From positions 1 through 64,000 of IMG/VR virus record IMGVR_UViG_3300012930_000012: a stretch of DNA of 64,000 nucleotides, one strand, 5' to 3'. Position numbers and translations under genes: made by a program. This stretch comes from a virus. Of this stretch, positions 27,184 through 37,633 are shown one piece after another; within the stretch, counting starts at the first letter, position 1, and each line of letters begins with the position of its first letter. The notes below the pieces were generated by a model, which was given only the letters and a program-made list of their open reading frames with translations, was not told the origin of the DNA and made no database searches.

Positions 27184-28031
27184 CTGAAGAAGTGAAGAGT
27201 GGGCAAGAAAATCCGTTACCTCCTACCCCGCAAGCGGGCCAGGAGGTAACCGTTTACGACCCTGGCAGCGATGCCGGGGCGGGCATGGAAAATGTCACCC
27301 GTGATGAATACGCCATACCATTCATCCGCATCCTTGACGCCAAGAGCCCACAAGTATCCCCGCCGGCAGCCGGTGGCATACCGGGCGCCAAGCCGGGGTC
27401 CATTTTTAACGTCTCGACCAACGAGGTCTACGACGGGGATAAGGGTGTAGAATTTATCCCCGTGCACCGCGACCACCACTTCGTGGAATGGATTCCAAAG
27501 AAGGAGGACGGCTCCGGTGGCGGCTTTGTCGGCATCCGGGCGGTGGACGATCCTTTGGTCACGGAGCTGCGGGCCAAGCACGGCCAGTTCGGTAAGCTCC
27601 CCACGAGCGACGGCCACGAGCTGGCGGAAACCTATTACCTGTACGGCTTGCTGGTGGTGGAGGGCATGGCCACCCCGGTGCTCATTGGTTTTTCCAGCAC
27701 GCAGATAAAAAAGTACCGCAACTTCATCACCCGGGTCATGGGCATCACGTACCAGGGGGAGAAGACGGCCGCCAATCCCAACGGGATCATACGACCTCCT
27801 ATGTGGGCGCACCGCTGGCGCTTTCAAACGGTCTTCGAGAAGAAGGGAACGTTTTCCTGGTACGGCTGGCGCATTGGCTTGGTGGAGGACCCACCGCTCA
27901 AAAGCCGGCTTAAAACCACGGACCCGTTCTACATCCAGGGTCGGGAACTTTACAACACCATCAAAGAAGGGCGCGTCGTGGTGAAACACGACACCGAAAA
28001 GCAGCCCGTGGACGAAGAAATACCGTTCTAA
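27180..28031 (+). CDS. Putative ssDNA-binding/annealing protein
   Basis: GMENV..D..IPFI.IL...SPQ motif; acidic C-terminal DEEIPF tail. Confidence 0.7.
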   Translation: MTEEVKSGQENPLPPTPQAGQEVTVYDPGSDAGAGMENVTRDEYAIPFIRILDAKSPQVSPPAAGGIPGAKPGSIFNVSTNEVYDGDKGVEFIPVHRDHHFVEWIPKKEDGSGGGFVGIRAVDDPLVTELRAKHGQFGKLPTSDGHELAETYYLYGLLVVEGMATPVLIGFSSTQIKKYRNFITRVMGITYQGEKTAANPNGIIRPPMWAHRWRFQTVFEKKGTFSWYGWRIGLVEDPPLKSRLKTTDPFYIQGRELYNTIKEGRVVVKHDTEKQPVDEEIPF

Positions 28032-28093
28032 GGACGTAACGTAAGGTTGGCGGCGCCGCTCCGCAAAGGGCGGCGTTGCCGCCTGGGGGTTAC

Positions 28094-29623
28094 ATGTCAC
28101 TTGCCGGTGATTTCAAACGCCTGTTCGATGGGCTAGACCGCTCTTACGGCCGCTATGTCGTGCCGACCGGCGCGCGTCCAAACGATAAGGGCAAGCTCCA
28201 CGACCCATCCTGGGCACGCACCGTGCACGGGGAGGTAACGCTTGAGCTTTGGGAACAGCACCTTGAAGGACGCTTTGGGCTAGGGATCGTTCCCATTAGG
28301 GACGATGCCACGTGTGTCTTTGGCGCCATAGACGTTGACATCTATCCGTTGGATCTTATAGACCTTGTAGCCTACGTTAAAAAGATGGAACTCCCCTTGG
28401 TGGTGTGCCGCACCAAATCTGGCGGCGCCCACCTGTACTTGTTTCTCACAGCCCCCGCCTCGGCGGAGCTTGTGAGAAGCAAGCTAATGGAATGGGCCGT
28501 GGTGCTGGGCTACCCCGGCGTTGAAGTATTCCCCAAGCAAACCAGGCTAGCCTCCGAAAAAGATGATGGTTCCTGGATCAATGCACCCTACAACGGTGGC
28601 AAACGATCAACCAGGTACGCGCTTAAACCCGACGGTGCCGCCATGTCGTCGGAGGAGTTTGTCATCGCTGCGCAACGCTCAGCCATAACCCCGCAAAAAC
28701 TGGCCGACTTTGAAATCCCCGCCGATGAAACCTCCGGCGACCTATTCTTAGGCGGCCCCCCTTGCCTCCAGACGCTATCCCGTAAGGGGTTTGGAGATTG
28801 GCAGAACAATGGGCTGTTCAACGTGGCGGTCTACCTCCGTAAGCGATGGGGCGACGGTTGGGAGGACAGGCTCGACGCTTACAATCATAAGTACATGAAC
28901 CCGCCGGTCTCCTCGAAAGATTTAGCCAACATCATCAAGTCGGTTAAGAAAAAAGCGTACTCGTATATGTGCAAGCAAGAGCCCATCTGCGGCGTGTGCA
29001 ACCGCCAGGTTTGCCTCACTCGGGACTTTGGTGTGGGCGGCCTTGGCGACGACCCCGGCGCCGTGCTGGGGGAGCTGTTGAAGCTCGAGACCGACCCGCC
29101 CACCTATATTTGGGACGTGGATGCGGCCCGTATTGAACTTACAGTCGATGACCTCATGGACCAGCGGCGCTTCCACAAGCTGGTGGTACAGCGCCTTAAC
29201 AAGTGGCCCAACATGGTCAAGCCATCTGTGTGGCAAACCATCGTCCGGGATCGGCTGGCCCGGGTTGAGGTGGTTGAAGTGCCCGAAGACGCCACGCGAG
29301 AGGGTCAGTTCTGGGTGCACGTGCAACGGTTTTGCACCTCCAAGGTTCGCGGCCGGAGCATGGATGAGCTATTGCTGGGAAAGCCTTTCACCGAGGATGG
29401 CCGCACCTACTTTTGCTCGACCGACCTCATCCAGTATTTGAACCAGCACCGTTTTAACGGAGTCACCGATAAGGAGGTTTACAAGTGGATGCGTAAACGC
29501 GGGGTGACGCACCACTCAGGCAACCTCAAGGGCAAGTTCGTCAACTACTGGAGCTTGCCGGCATTTCCAGAGCAAACCGTGGACCACGATGTACCGCACG
29601 CGGCCCCGGTGGAGCGTATGTAA
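28094..29623 (+). CDS. AEP-superfamily primase (primase-polymerase)
   Basis: FGAIDVD, RTKSGGAHLY, EVFPKQ, PPCL; Cys cluster. Confidence 0.85.
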   Translation: MSLAGDFKRLFDGLDRSYGRYVVPTGARPNDKGKLHDPSWARTVHGEVTLELWEQHLEGRFGLGIVPIRDDATCVFGAIDVDIYPLDLIDLVAYVKKMELPLVVCRTKSGGAHLYLFLTAPASAELVRSKLMEWAVVLGYPGVEVFPKQTRLASEKDDGSWINAPYNGGKRSTRYALKPDGAAMSSEEFVIAAQRSAITPQKLADFEIPADETSGDLFLGGPPCLQTLSRKGFGDWQNNGLFNVAVYLRKRWGDGWEDRLDAYNHKYMNPPVSSKDLANIIKSVKKKAYSYMCKQEPICGVCNRQVCLTRDFGVGGLGDDPGAVLGELLKLETDPPTYIWDVDAARIELTVDDLMDQRRFHKLVVQRLNKWPNMVKPSVWQTIVRDRLARVEVVEVPEDATREGQFWVHVQRFCTSKVRGRSMDELLLGKPFTEDGRTYFCSTDLIQYLNQHRFNGVTDKEVYKWMRKRGVTHHSGNLKGKFVNYWSLPAFPEQTVDHDVPHAAPVERM

Positions 29624-30765
29624 TGGACCTCAAACCCCTAAGCCCAGTAACCATTGACCGCGAGCGAACAAAGCTGGGCAAACGCGGTGAGCTACGCTGG
29701 CTGCACGTAAGACAGCTGGTCGTGGACCCTCGATACCAGCGGGCGGTTGGCCTTAAAGGCACAGACAATATCAAAAAGATCGCGAAGGAATTCTCCTGGA
29801 GCTTCTTTTCCCCGGTCATCGTCTCCCCACGAAAGAGCGGCCAATACGCAATAATAGACGGGCAACACCGCGCCACGGCGGCCGTATCGCGTGGGGATAT
29901 CGAGGAAATCCCGTGCCTGGTGCTGGCGGCAACACCAGAGGAAGAGGCAATGGCCTTCGCCAAGATCAACGGTACCGTAACAAAAGTCTCGCCGCTGGCC
30001 ATCTTCCGCGCCGAGTTTATGGCGGCCAAGCCAGACGTGATGCGCCTAACCGAAATTGTCTTCCGCGCCGATGTTGTAATCTTGGGCTATCCCAAAACCA
30101 AAGACAAGATGCTGGTCGGGGAAACCATGTCTGTTGTGTCAATTAAAGATTGCCTACGCAAGTTTGGGGAAAAGGTTTTGGTGGCGGCCTTGCGGACCAT
30201 TACCAAAACGGGGAATGGGAACCCTGGAATGCTAAAGGAAGAGGTTATATCCGGCACGTGCGACATATTGTCCAATCACCCCCATTGGTGGGTAGATGAA
30301 CCAAAGCTCTTAGCAACCGTGAATGCGGTTGGCATAGTGGAACTCCACAGGCGAGCATCCATAGCCAAAGGTGCCGCCGGAAAAGGCAGCTATCGCGAGC
30401 ACTACGCCTCCGCGTTTCTATCAGCCGTAGCACCGGCCTTTAAACCCACCCAGGTAGCCGTGGGTGTCCATGCCCCCCTGGCTTCGCTACCTACACTACA
30501 AAAACCTGTCAACCACGATCGTGCTCTCATTGAGGCGGCCTTGGCCGCCGGCAAGGTACGACGGTTTGACACCTCAGATTCCAGTGAGTTTTGGGTGCTA
30601 GCGGAATACATGCTCCATCGCACTGGTAAGGAATACAAACTTCTTAAGCGCAAGCCATCGCTGGATGGCCGAATCCTTGATTGGGACAAGTTCTATGAAC
30701 TTGTAAACCGCGAACGTGTCAAGGAAAAGAAACCGCCTATAACCCCCAAGCAAGGAGCAAAATGA
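29623..30765 (+). CDS. ParB/DndB-like (DUF6551-like) protein
   Basis: VDPRYQR ... IIDGQHR motif. Confidence 0.75.
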   Translation: MDLKPLSPVTIDRERTKLGKRGELRWLHVRQLVVDPRYQRAVGLKGTDNIKKIAKEFSWSFFSPVIVSPRKSGQYAIIDGQHRATAAVSRGDIEEIPCLVLAATPEEEAMAFAKINGTVTKVSPLAIFRAEFMAAKPDVMRLTEIVFRADVVILGYPKTKDKMLVGETMSVVSIKDCLRKFGEKVLVAALRTITKTGNGNPGMLKEEVISGTCDILSNHPHWWVDEPKLLATVNAVGIVELHRRASIAKGAAGKGSYREHYASAFLSAVAPAFKPTQVAVGVHAPLASLPTLQKPVNHDRALIEAALAAGKVRRFDTSDSSEFWVLAEYMLHRTGKEYKLLKRKPSLDGRILDWDKFYELVNRERVKEKKPPITPKQGAK

Positions 30766-30906
30766 TGGACGAGGATGAGCGCTACAGACGCACTCGGGAG
30801 CGGCTAGGCATAGGCAACTTGCCCCCTGACCAAAGAATGAAAGAACGCAATTCAACAAACCAGGCGGCCAACCCAACCAAGGGCAGCAACCAAAGGAGCA
30901 TTCACA

Positions 30907-32649
30907 ATGGGACCCCAGACCAAAGCAGCTGACGACCTCCACGCCATGAAGTACCGTAGCCGGAACGAGGATTTCCGCGAGGCCATGAATCGGGTGGCTT
31001 TTGGCCTCAAGGATTCTGACGCCCACTACCACGAGTTCCGCGAGATATTATTGGAGCAACGCTTCCTTCCCGGGGGGCGGGTCCAGGGGGCGGTGGGGGC
31101 GACTAGGCACACCACGGCATTCAACTGTTATGTCTCCGGTACCATCGTGGATTCTTTTACTGATGGGCCTGGTAGCATTATGGCCCGGGCGCACGAGGCC
31201 GCGGCCACCATGCGGATGGGGGGTGGTATTGGCTATGACTTTTCCACATTACGCCCGCGCGGTGCATTGGTGCGCCGGCTCCAAAGTTCCTCGAGCGGCC
31301 CCATCAACTTCATGCGCATCTTCAATGAAATTTGCTTGTGCACGGCATCCAGCGGCCACCGTCGTGGTGCCCAAATGGGTGTCATGCGGGTGGATCATCC
31401 CGACATAGAGGAGTTCATCCTCGCCAAGCAAAACGCGGACAAGCTCACGGGCTTCAACGTGTCCGTGGCGGTCACCGATGAGTTCATGGAAGCGGCGCTG
31501 GCCGGCAAGGACTTTGATTTGAAGTTCAATGGCGAAGTGCACCGCACGGTGCAAGCGGATTACCTCTGGGAGCGCATCATGCGGTCCACGTGGGACTTTG
31601 CCGAGCCTGGCGTGCTTTTTATCGACCGGGTGAATTCCATGAATAACCTCTACTACGGCGAGGTTATCGCGGCCACTAACCCGTGTGGGGAGCAGCCCTT
31701 GCCGCCGTTTGGGGCGTGCTTGTTGGGATCGTTCAACCTGGTCAAGTACCTCAATAAAAGCGCGTCCGTTGTGCGCACCGACCAGGGTAAGGCTGTTGGT
31801 GTTGACATATTGGGCTATAGCTTTGACTGGGACCAGTTCCACCACGATATCCCTATCGTGGTGAGGGCAATGGATAACGTAACCGATAGGACACGCTACC
31901 CATTAGCGGAGCAGCGTGCGGAGGCTGTGTCAAAGCGGCGCATGGGCTTGGGTGTAACTGGCCTTGCCAACGCGGCGGAGGCCCTGGGGCACCCTTATGG
32001 AAGCCCTGCGTTCCGTGGCTTTGAGGAAGATGTTTTGGGTCACTTGCTGCGTTTGGCCTATATCGCATCCACGGATCTAGCCAAGGAAAAGGGTCCTTTC
32101 CCACTATTCGATGCGGAGCGCTTCCTCGCCGGCAAATTTGCGCAAACGCTGGATTCAGTGGTCAAGCAAGCCATACACGACAAGGGACTCCGCAACAGCC
32201 ATTTGACAAGTATCGCGCCAACCGGGACCATCTCGATGTGCGCGGACAATGTGTCCTCGAGCATTGAGCCGGTGTTCGCCTACCAGACCCAGCGGCCGGT
32301 GAACACCCCGGACGGCCAGCAAGTCATGACCATCGATGACTATGGTGCCAGTATTCTTAGCGTCAAGGGCCGGTTAGCCGCGGAGGTGACGGCGGCCGAG
32401 CATGTGGCGGTGCTTACCACGGCCCAGAAGTATGTTGACTCAGCGGTGAGCAAGACGGTCAACATGGATGGGCGCACCATGCCCTGGGCGGAGTTCAAGG
32501 ATCTGTACAAGCGGGCATGGGAGGGTGGCGCCAAGGGCTGCACCACATTCAACGTGGCTGGTTTGCGCGGTGCCTTGCTCTCCGATGCAACCGAGGGCAC
32601 GGCGGCGTGCGCCATTGACGGGGAAACCGGGCGGAGGGAGTGTGCATGA
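30907..32649 (+). CDS. nrdJ: Class II (B12-dependent) ribonucleotide reductase
   Basis: TNPCGEQPL, SIAPTGTIS, C-terminal Cys pair; no beta subunit gene in window. Confidence 0.9.
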   Translation: MGPQTKAADDLHAMKYRSRNEDFREAMNRVAFGLKDSDAHYHEFREILLEQRFLPGGRVQGAVGATRHTTAFNCYVSGTIVDSFTDGPGSIMARAHEAAATMRMGGGIGYDFSTLRPRGALVRRLQSSSSGPINFMRIFNEICLCTASSGHRRGAQMGVMRVDHPDIEEFILAKQNADKLTGFNVSVAVTDEFMEAALAGKDFDLKFNGEVHRTVQADYLWERIMRSTWDFAEPGVLFIDRVNSMNNLYYGEVIAATNPCGEQPLPPFGACLLGSFNLVKYLNKSASVVRTDQGKAVGVDILGYSFDWDQFHHDIPIVVRAMDNVTDRTRYPLAEQRAEAVSKRRMGLGVTGLANAAEALGHPYGSPAFRGFEEDVLGHLLRLAYIASTDLAKEKGPFPLFDAERFLAGKFAQTLDSVVKQAIHDKGLRNSHLTSIAPTGTISMCADNVSSSIEPVFAYQTQRPVNTPDGQQVMTIDDYGASILSVKGRLAAEVTAAEHVAVLTTAQKYVDSAVSKTVNMDGRTMPWAEFKDLYKRAWEGGAKGCTTFNVAGLRGALLSDATEGTAACAIDGETGRRECA

Positions 32650-33161
32650 GTACGCACGCGCTAAAGCCAAGCATAGCCGTGAAGCCGGTTTGTGTCTTTC
32701 AGGACTGGCTGTTCGCTCTTACAATGCAGCAACAGTCTGTTTTGGTATTGGCGTGTCGTGGGCCTGATGGGGTGGCTAAGTTTCATCCGGTCAAGCCAAT
32801 CGTAGCACGTTACCGCGCAACCGTACTCAAAGCTGCTTATCTTGGCCGGGCGATGCGTGTGGACGAAGGTGATGACACTACCTTCATGACACTGATAGAT
32901 TTTAGCAATGATGAGCACTGGATAGCCATGTGCCAAAGCTTCTTTGACAATGTCGATGAGGCACCCCACCACTACTACATGCACTTGTTACACGGGGCTC
33001 AGATAATTGGTTACAAGCACCCTATGGAAACGTTCCGCCATCGTTGGGGTGAATTTTATGCAAGGTGCTGCCGCGACCTTCACCTGTACCCAGAAAGTGA
33101 AGAACAAATGGATAAACGACTGGGAGACTGGAATCGTAAACACTGGGATGTACTCAAATGA
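32646..33161 (+). CDS. Conserved His-rich helical phage protein
   Basis: QDW...RGPDG...PHHYYMHLLH..QIIGYKHP. Confidence 0.65.
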   Translation: MSTHALKPSIAVKPVCVFQDWLFALTMQQQSVLVLACRGPDGVAKFHPVKPIVARYRATVLKAAYLGRAMRVDEGDDTTFMTLIDFSNDEHWIAMCQSFFDNVDEAPHHYYMHLLHGAQIIGYKHPMETFRHRWGEFYARCCRDLHLYPESEEQMDKRLGDWNRKHWDVLK

Positions 33162-33355
33162 CATTTTTGACGGTTTACTTGCTGATTGGAACCCTACTGG
33201 GTTTTATGGTCTTGTCAGAACGCGAACACAGAGTCTGGCAGCAGTGGCTCCTCTACCCGGTGCTTTTCGCTCTCCTAGGCGGCTTTTTTCTCTTGTTCCG
33301 CATAATGGCAAACAACGCCCGGGACATAGCCGAAGACCTGGATGCGAAAGAATGA
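33158..33355 (+). CDS. Small two-TM membrane protein
   Basis: Two hydrophobic segments; ATGA overlaps. Confidence 0.55.
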   Translation: MTFLTVYLLIGTLLGFMVLSEREHRVWQQWLLYPVLFALLGGFFLLFRIMANNARDIAEDLDAKE

Positions 33356-33525
33356 CACCGGGCCAACACGCTGACCGCGCTTTAACCTTGGTCAACCAGG
33401 CCAGTGGGTCGTTGGGTTATATGGTCATCAAGCGCAAGCTCCAGCGGTGGCGGCTGGCTGAGGTGGTGCGCAAGCTAGAAAGCGCCTTGGCTGACCTAAA
33501 ACGTGCCACGGGGGAGGATTTGTGA
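33352..33525 (+). CDS. Small hypothetical protein
   Basis: MTPGQH start; overlaps both neighbours. Confidence 0.5.
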   Translation: MTPGQHADRALTLVNQASGSLGYMVIKRKLQRWRLAEVVRKLESALADLKRATGEDL

Positions 33526-34976
33526 AACGCACACTCGTCCTCGGTGGCCCTGGCGCCGGCAAGACCCGCCGGCTCCTGGGTGTCATGGAGGAGGCACTCG
33601 ACCAGGGAATCCCACCCGGTCGAGTAGCATTTGTGTCATTCACCAAGGCGGCTGTCAATGAAGCCCGCACCCGCGCGTGCGAACGCTTTGGGCTCCAACC
33701 ACGAGACCTACCCTATTTCCGCACCTTGCACAGCCTGGCCTTCCGCGAGCTTGGCCTTCAACGCCATGACATCGTCGGTGAGGAGCACCTGGCCGAGCTT
33801 GCTCTCACCACGGGCGAGCTGTTCACCGGAGACGCCACCACGGAAGGCCCAGCCGCCGGCCGCAACGCCGACCCGTTGCTAACGCTAGACCATTACGCCC
33901 GCACCACCATGACAAGCCTTCGCGACGCATGGCAAGACCACGGCGGAGAGGTTGAATGGTTCCGGCTTAAGCGGTTTAGCGATGCTTACCACGACTACAA
34001 ACGCGAACGCGAAATAATGGACTTCACAGACTTACTCATCGCCTACGTGGATTCCGCCTTGCCACCCGTTGGCGTGGATGTGGCCGTGGTTGATGAAGTC
34101 CAGGACCTAACGCTGCGCCAGCACGCCGTGGTGGATAAAGCCTTTGCCAATGCAAAGGCTTTGTGGTGGGCCGGCGACGATGATCAAAGCATCCACCGCT
34201 GGGCCGGCGCCGCCGAGGACCGCCTCTACGCGCTGGAATGCGACCGCGAAGTCCTCCCCCTGTCCCACCGCTTGCCGAGCGAAATTTTTAATCTCTCTCA
34301 GCAAGTCGTTCGCCGCATTGGCCGGCGCTTTGCAAAAGACCAGGGGGCGGTGCGTACGGGTGGCCGGGTGGAGTGGGTTTCCGGTGCCGATGAGGTGGAT
34401 CTTTCTTCTGGTACATGGTTGTTGCTCGCGAGGACTCGCGCTCAGCTGGACCATCACGTGCAGCTGGCCCGGGAGCAAGGCGTGGTCTACCGGCTCAAGG
34501 GGGAAACAAGCGTCAAGGCGGAGCACGTGCGGGCCATACTGGCGTACGAGAATCTGCGTGCCGGGAGGCGTGTGGATGGCCTAATGGTGGCGGATGCGCT
34601 CCGGGCCGCCGGGGTGCGCAAGAATATCGATGAGGGTTCCTCCTATACCGCGGATGAACTTGGTTTTGATACGAAACCCATCTGGCATGATGCGCTGGTG
34701 CGCATACCGCTCGAGGATCGTGAATACTACCTGACGTGCCTCCGACGAGGGGAAAAGCTCACCGAGCCGCCCCGGGTGCGGGTTGAAACCATCCATGGCG
34801 CCAAAGGGCTTGAATCTGAGAGCACGCTGCTTATCACAGACATGACCTACCGTACTCACAGGGGCTACGAATTAGACCCTGATTCTGAGATGAGGGTTCT
34901 TTATGTTGGGCTAACCCGGGCATCCGATAACCTGGTGCTGGTGGCGCCCCAAACGGCGTACGGATATTCTTTTTGA
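33522..34976 (+). CDS. UvrD-like SF1 helicase
   Basis: GGPGAGKT, VDEVQD, GDDDQSI, TIHGAKGLE, YVGLTRA. Confidence 0.92.
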   Translation: MKRTLVLGGPGAGKTRRLLGVMEEALDQGIPPGRVAFVSFTKAAVNEARTRACERFGLQPRDLPYFRTLHSLAFRELGLQRHDIVGEEHLAELALTTGELFTGDATTEGPAAGRNADPLLTLDHYARTTMTSLRDAWQDHGGEVEWFRLKRFSDAYHDYKREREIMDFTDLLIAYVDSALPPVGVDVAVVDEVQDLTLRQHAVVDKAFANAKALWWAGDDDQSIHRWAGAAEDRLYALECDREVLPLSHRLPSEIFNLSQQVVRRIGRRFAKDQGAVRTGGRVEWVSGADEVDLSSGTWLLLARTRAQLDHHVQLAREQGVVYRLKGETSVKAEHVRAILAYENLRAGRRVDGLMVADALRAAGVRKNIDEGSSYTADELGFDTKPIWHDALVRIPLEDREYYLTCLRRGEKLTEPPRVRVETIHGAKGLESESTLLITDMTYRTHRGYELDPDSEMRVLYVGLTRASDNLVLVAPQTAYGYSF

Positions 34977-34983
34977 GAGGGGG

Positions 34984-35012
34984 TTTACTTTTGCCTAAAC
35001 GTTCTTTATGGG
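34984..35012 (+). promoter_or_regulatory. Repeated early promoter motif (TTTACTTTTGCCTAA)
   Basis: Near-identical to 47788 and 49511 motifs; intergenic. Confidence 0.6.
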
Positions 35013-35036
35013 TGGCGACAGAGCAAGGAGAACCAC

Positions 35037-35222
35037 ATGCAAACCTTCGAAGTTGATCGTGAGATCTTCCATCAGATGATGAGGCAGTTGGCCGGCGGAA
35101 CCTTTCGCGGTGAGCCCATGAGTGCTAACGCCATAAACGAGATGCACCTTGTGGCGGAAAAGCTGGCGCACGCCACGGCCATCAAGCAAAACGGCGCGAC
35201 CGTGGAAGTGGTTGTGCCGTGA
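35037..35222 (+). CDS. Hypothetical protein
   Basis: Conserved AGAGCAAGGAGAACCAC leader. Confidence 0.6.
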   Translation: MQTFEVDREIFHQMMRQLAGGTFRGEPMSANAINEMHLVAEKLAHATAIKQNGATVEVVVP

Positions 35223-35455
35223 CCGTTTCCAAGGAGCTGGCCGCACACGAGGCTTGGGTGCGCGACAATGCCGCCTACTACTCGGCGGTTATCTTCCGCG
35301 GCCGGGGACAATTCTACCGCAAGGAGGCCCCCACGCTGGAGGGTATCCGTGCGCTGGCACGCGAGATGCTTGTGGAGGTGGGCGGCTTGCGCCCGGCCGG
35401 CATCTACGCGGTGCGGGACGCCTACGAGGTTCATGTGGAGAACGTGATACCATGA
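35219..35455 (+). CDS. Hypothetical protein
   Basis: Overlapping chain. Confidence 0.55.
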   Translation: MTVSKELAAHEAWVRDNAAYYSAVIFRGRGQFYRKEAPTLEGIRALAREMLVEVGGLRPAGIYAVRDAYEVHVENVIP

Positions 35456-36087
35456 GCGTGTACCTCATTACCTACCGTAACTACTTGGAGCGTGTGCGGG
35501 TGTACCGCTATGAGACGATACAGGATGCGGATCGGGCGCTGGCGCTGCCGGACGCCGACCAGGCGGTAAGCGGCTTTGTTGCCTCCGTGCCGCACAACAG
35601 TGTGAATACGAGCACCACGCTCCTCCAGGATTTGCTTGACCAGTGGCGCAAGCCAGATGAACCTGAACATGATCTTGGAACCCACGGCAAGGTGAAGCAA
35701 CGCTTCTTTACCGTGCTTGAATCAACTTACGGCCACATTCCTCTGAGTGTGGCACCAGCCTTGCCGGCACCTGGCGCACCGGCCGCTGAAACCAACCCCG
35801 CGCCAACAATGGAGACTGCAATGGCAAAGAAGGCAAAAAAGACACCGAAGGCGAAAAAGGAAGCCAACGGCCCAAAGGCGCCCCGCGCATTGAAGCAGGG
35901 CATGGTGTTCGCGCTCAAGGGCTTCGTGCTCAAGAACCCGGGCATCACGGACGAAGACTTGATGGCGAAGCTCAAGGGCGACGGCTTCAAGCCGGCCGAA
36001 TCCTCGGTGGCCACGTTCCGCCAGGACTTTGTGCACTCCCTGAGGTTTCTCAACCTCCAGGGCTACAAGGTGCCGGAACCCGGCTAA
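35452..36087 (+). CDS. Two-domain protein with Lys-rich linker and wHTH-like C-terminus
   Basis: ATGA overlap start; MAKKAKKTPKAKK segment with internal GGAG-ATG at 35821. Confidence 0.6.
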   Translation: MSVYLITYRNYLERVRVYRYETIQDADRALALPDADQAVSGFVASVPHNSVNTSTTLLQDLLDQWRKPDEPEHDLGTHGKVKQRFFTVLESTYGHIPLSVAPALPAPGAPAAETNPAPTMETAMAKKAKKTPKAKKEANGPKAPRALKQGMVFALKGFVLKNPGITDEDLMAKLKGDGFKPAESSVATFRQDFVHSLRFLNLQGYKVPEPG

Positions 36088-36863
36088 TGTTGGACATACA
36101 CACCTTCGCGTACTTGGATTCACCTACGCCGGTTCAGGTGCGCGAAGGTGTGTTCCTAAAGCGGGACGATTTATTTCTCGCAGCTGGAGCACCGGGTGGC
36201 AAGGCCAGGACTTGCTGGCACCTGTCACAAGGCGCAAAGGGCCTTGTGACAGCGTCCAGCCGGGCATCGCCACAAATGAACATTGTGGCCCGCATTGCCG
36301 CCCACCTGGGCATCCCAGCCAGGCTCCATTGCCCCCAGGGTGCTTTCACACCGGAGATGAACGAGGCCCGCTCCTTTGGAGCGGTCATCGTTCAGCATCG
36401 CGCCGGCTACAACTCGGTCATAAAGGCCCGCGCCAAGGCCGACGCTTTGACACTTGGTTGGACCCACATACCGTTTGGGATGGAATGCCAGGAGGCCGTG
36501 AAGCAAACGGCCACACAAGTGGCACATCTTCCGGCGGAAATACGCCGCGTGGTCATGGCCGTTGGTAGCGGCATGTCGCTGGCCGGCGTGCTCAATGGGC
36601 TCACCCAGCACCGGCTAAACATCCCCATCCTAGGTGTCGTGGTGGGCGCCGACCCCACGGCCAGGCTCACCCAGTACGCCCCACTATTCTGGCGCACTGT
36701 GGTGGAATTGGTGCAGCCCGGCATCGATTATCACAAACCCGCACCATTGACGGACATCGGAGATGTCCATCTTGACCCCATCTACGAGGCCAAGTGTTTG
36801 CCATATCTTAAAGAGGATGACCTCTTTTGGCTGGTGGGCATACGGGCGAGTGCCATGCAATGA
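36087..36863 (+). CDS. PLP-dependent enzyme (fold type II)
   Basis: LKRDD...GGKAR (PLP Lys), SPQ, VGSGMS, LDPIYEAK. Confidence 0.85.
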   Translation: MLDIHTFAYLDSPTPVQVREGVFLKRDDLFLAAGAPGGKARTCWHLSQGAKGLVTASSRASPQMNIVARIAAHLGIPARLHCPQGAFTPEMNEARSFGAVIVQHRAGYNSVIKARAKADALTLGWTHIPFGMECQEAVKQTATQVAHLPAEIRRVVMAVGSGMSLAGVLNGLTQHRLNIPILGVVVGADPTARLTQYAPLFWRTVVELVQPGIDYHKPAPLTDIGDVHLDPIYEAKCLPYLKEDDLFWLVGIRASAMQ

Positions 36864-37633
36864 CTGACGACCTCCTCTTTAGCAAGAAGAGTCAAAACCG
36901 CCTCAACGAAATCATGAGCGGAACGGAGGATGGTGGATTTTCAACCGGCACCTCGATCTTCGACCCCGTGCTGTGTGAACTGGTGTACCGTTGGTTCTGC
37001 CCAGGGGGGGGACAGATCATTGATCCCTTTGCCGGCGGGTCCGTGCGCGGCATCGTGGCCGCCAAGTTAGGCTATGCCTACACAGGTATTGACTTATCTA
37101 GCAGACAGCTGGAAGCAAACCGCATCCAGGCCGCCACCATTTGCAAGGATGGGCCAACGCCAACCTGGGTGGACGGCAACAGCCTGGAAATTGAAGCCTT
37201 ACTGGAAGACGTGCGTGCGGACCTTGTATTTTCCTGCCCACCATACGCTGATTTAGAAATTTATTCGGATGACGAGCGGGACCTCTCAACCATGCCGTAT
37301 GAAGAATTCCGTTCGGTGTACACAGAAATCATCGCCGCGTGCGTGCGGATGCTTAAACCCAACCGCTTCGCCTGTTTCGTGGTGGGGGACATCCGCGATA
37401 AAGACGGCTTTTACCGCGGGTTCCCATGGCATACGGTCCAAGCGTTCCAAGATGCAGGTGCCCGGCTGTACAACGAGGCCATCCTTGTTACGGCCGTGGG
37501 GAGCTTGCCGGTGCGCATCACCCGGCAATTTTCAGGCGGGCGCAAGCTAGGCAAGACGCATCAGAACTTATTTGTCTTTTGCAAGGGAGATCCCATGTTA
37601 GCGGCGAGGGCGTGCGGAGCCAAAGATGACTAG
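36860..37633 (+). CDS. DNA amino-methyltransferase-like protein (N-terminally truncated)
   Basis: TSIFDPVLCE, DPFAGG SAM motif, SCPPY catalytic motif, KTHQN. Confidence 0.85.
   Translation: MTDDLLFSKKSQNRLNEIMSGTEDGGFSTGTSIFDPVLCELVYRWFCPGGGQIIDPFAGGSVRGIVAAKLGYAYTGIDLSSRQLEANRIQAATICKDGPTPTWVDGNSLEIEALLEDVRADLVFSCPPYADLEIYSDDERDLSTMPYEEFRSVYTEIIAACVRMLKPNRFACFVVGDIRDKDGFYRGFPWHTVQAFQDAGARLYNEAILVTAVGSLPVRITRQFSGGRKLGKTHQNLFVFCKGDPMLAARACGAKDD

Noticed and set aside
28032-28093. GC hairpin before primase as terminator
   Set aside because: No U-tract on either strand; at most a leader stem, too little evidence to call
27216-28100. 294-aa minus-strand ORF
   Set aside because: Shadow of the SSB-like gene
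30762-30932. Possible 56-aa ORF before nrdJ
   Set aside because: Has an RBS but a low-complexity tail overlapping the nrdJ start; cannot assign or confirm
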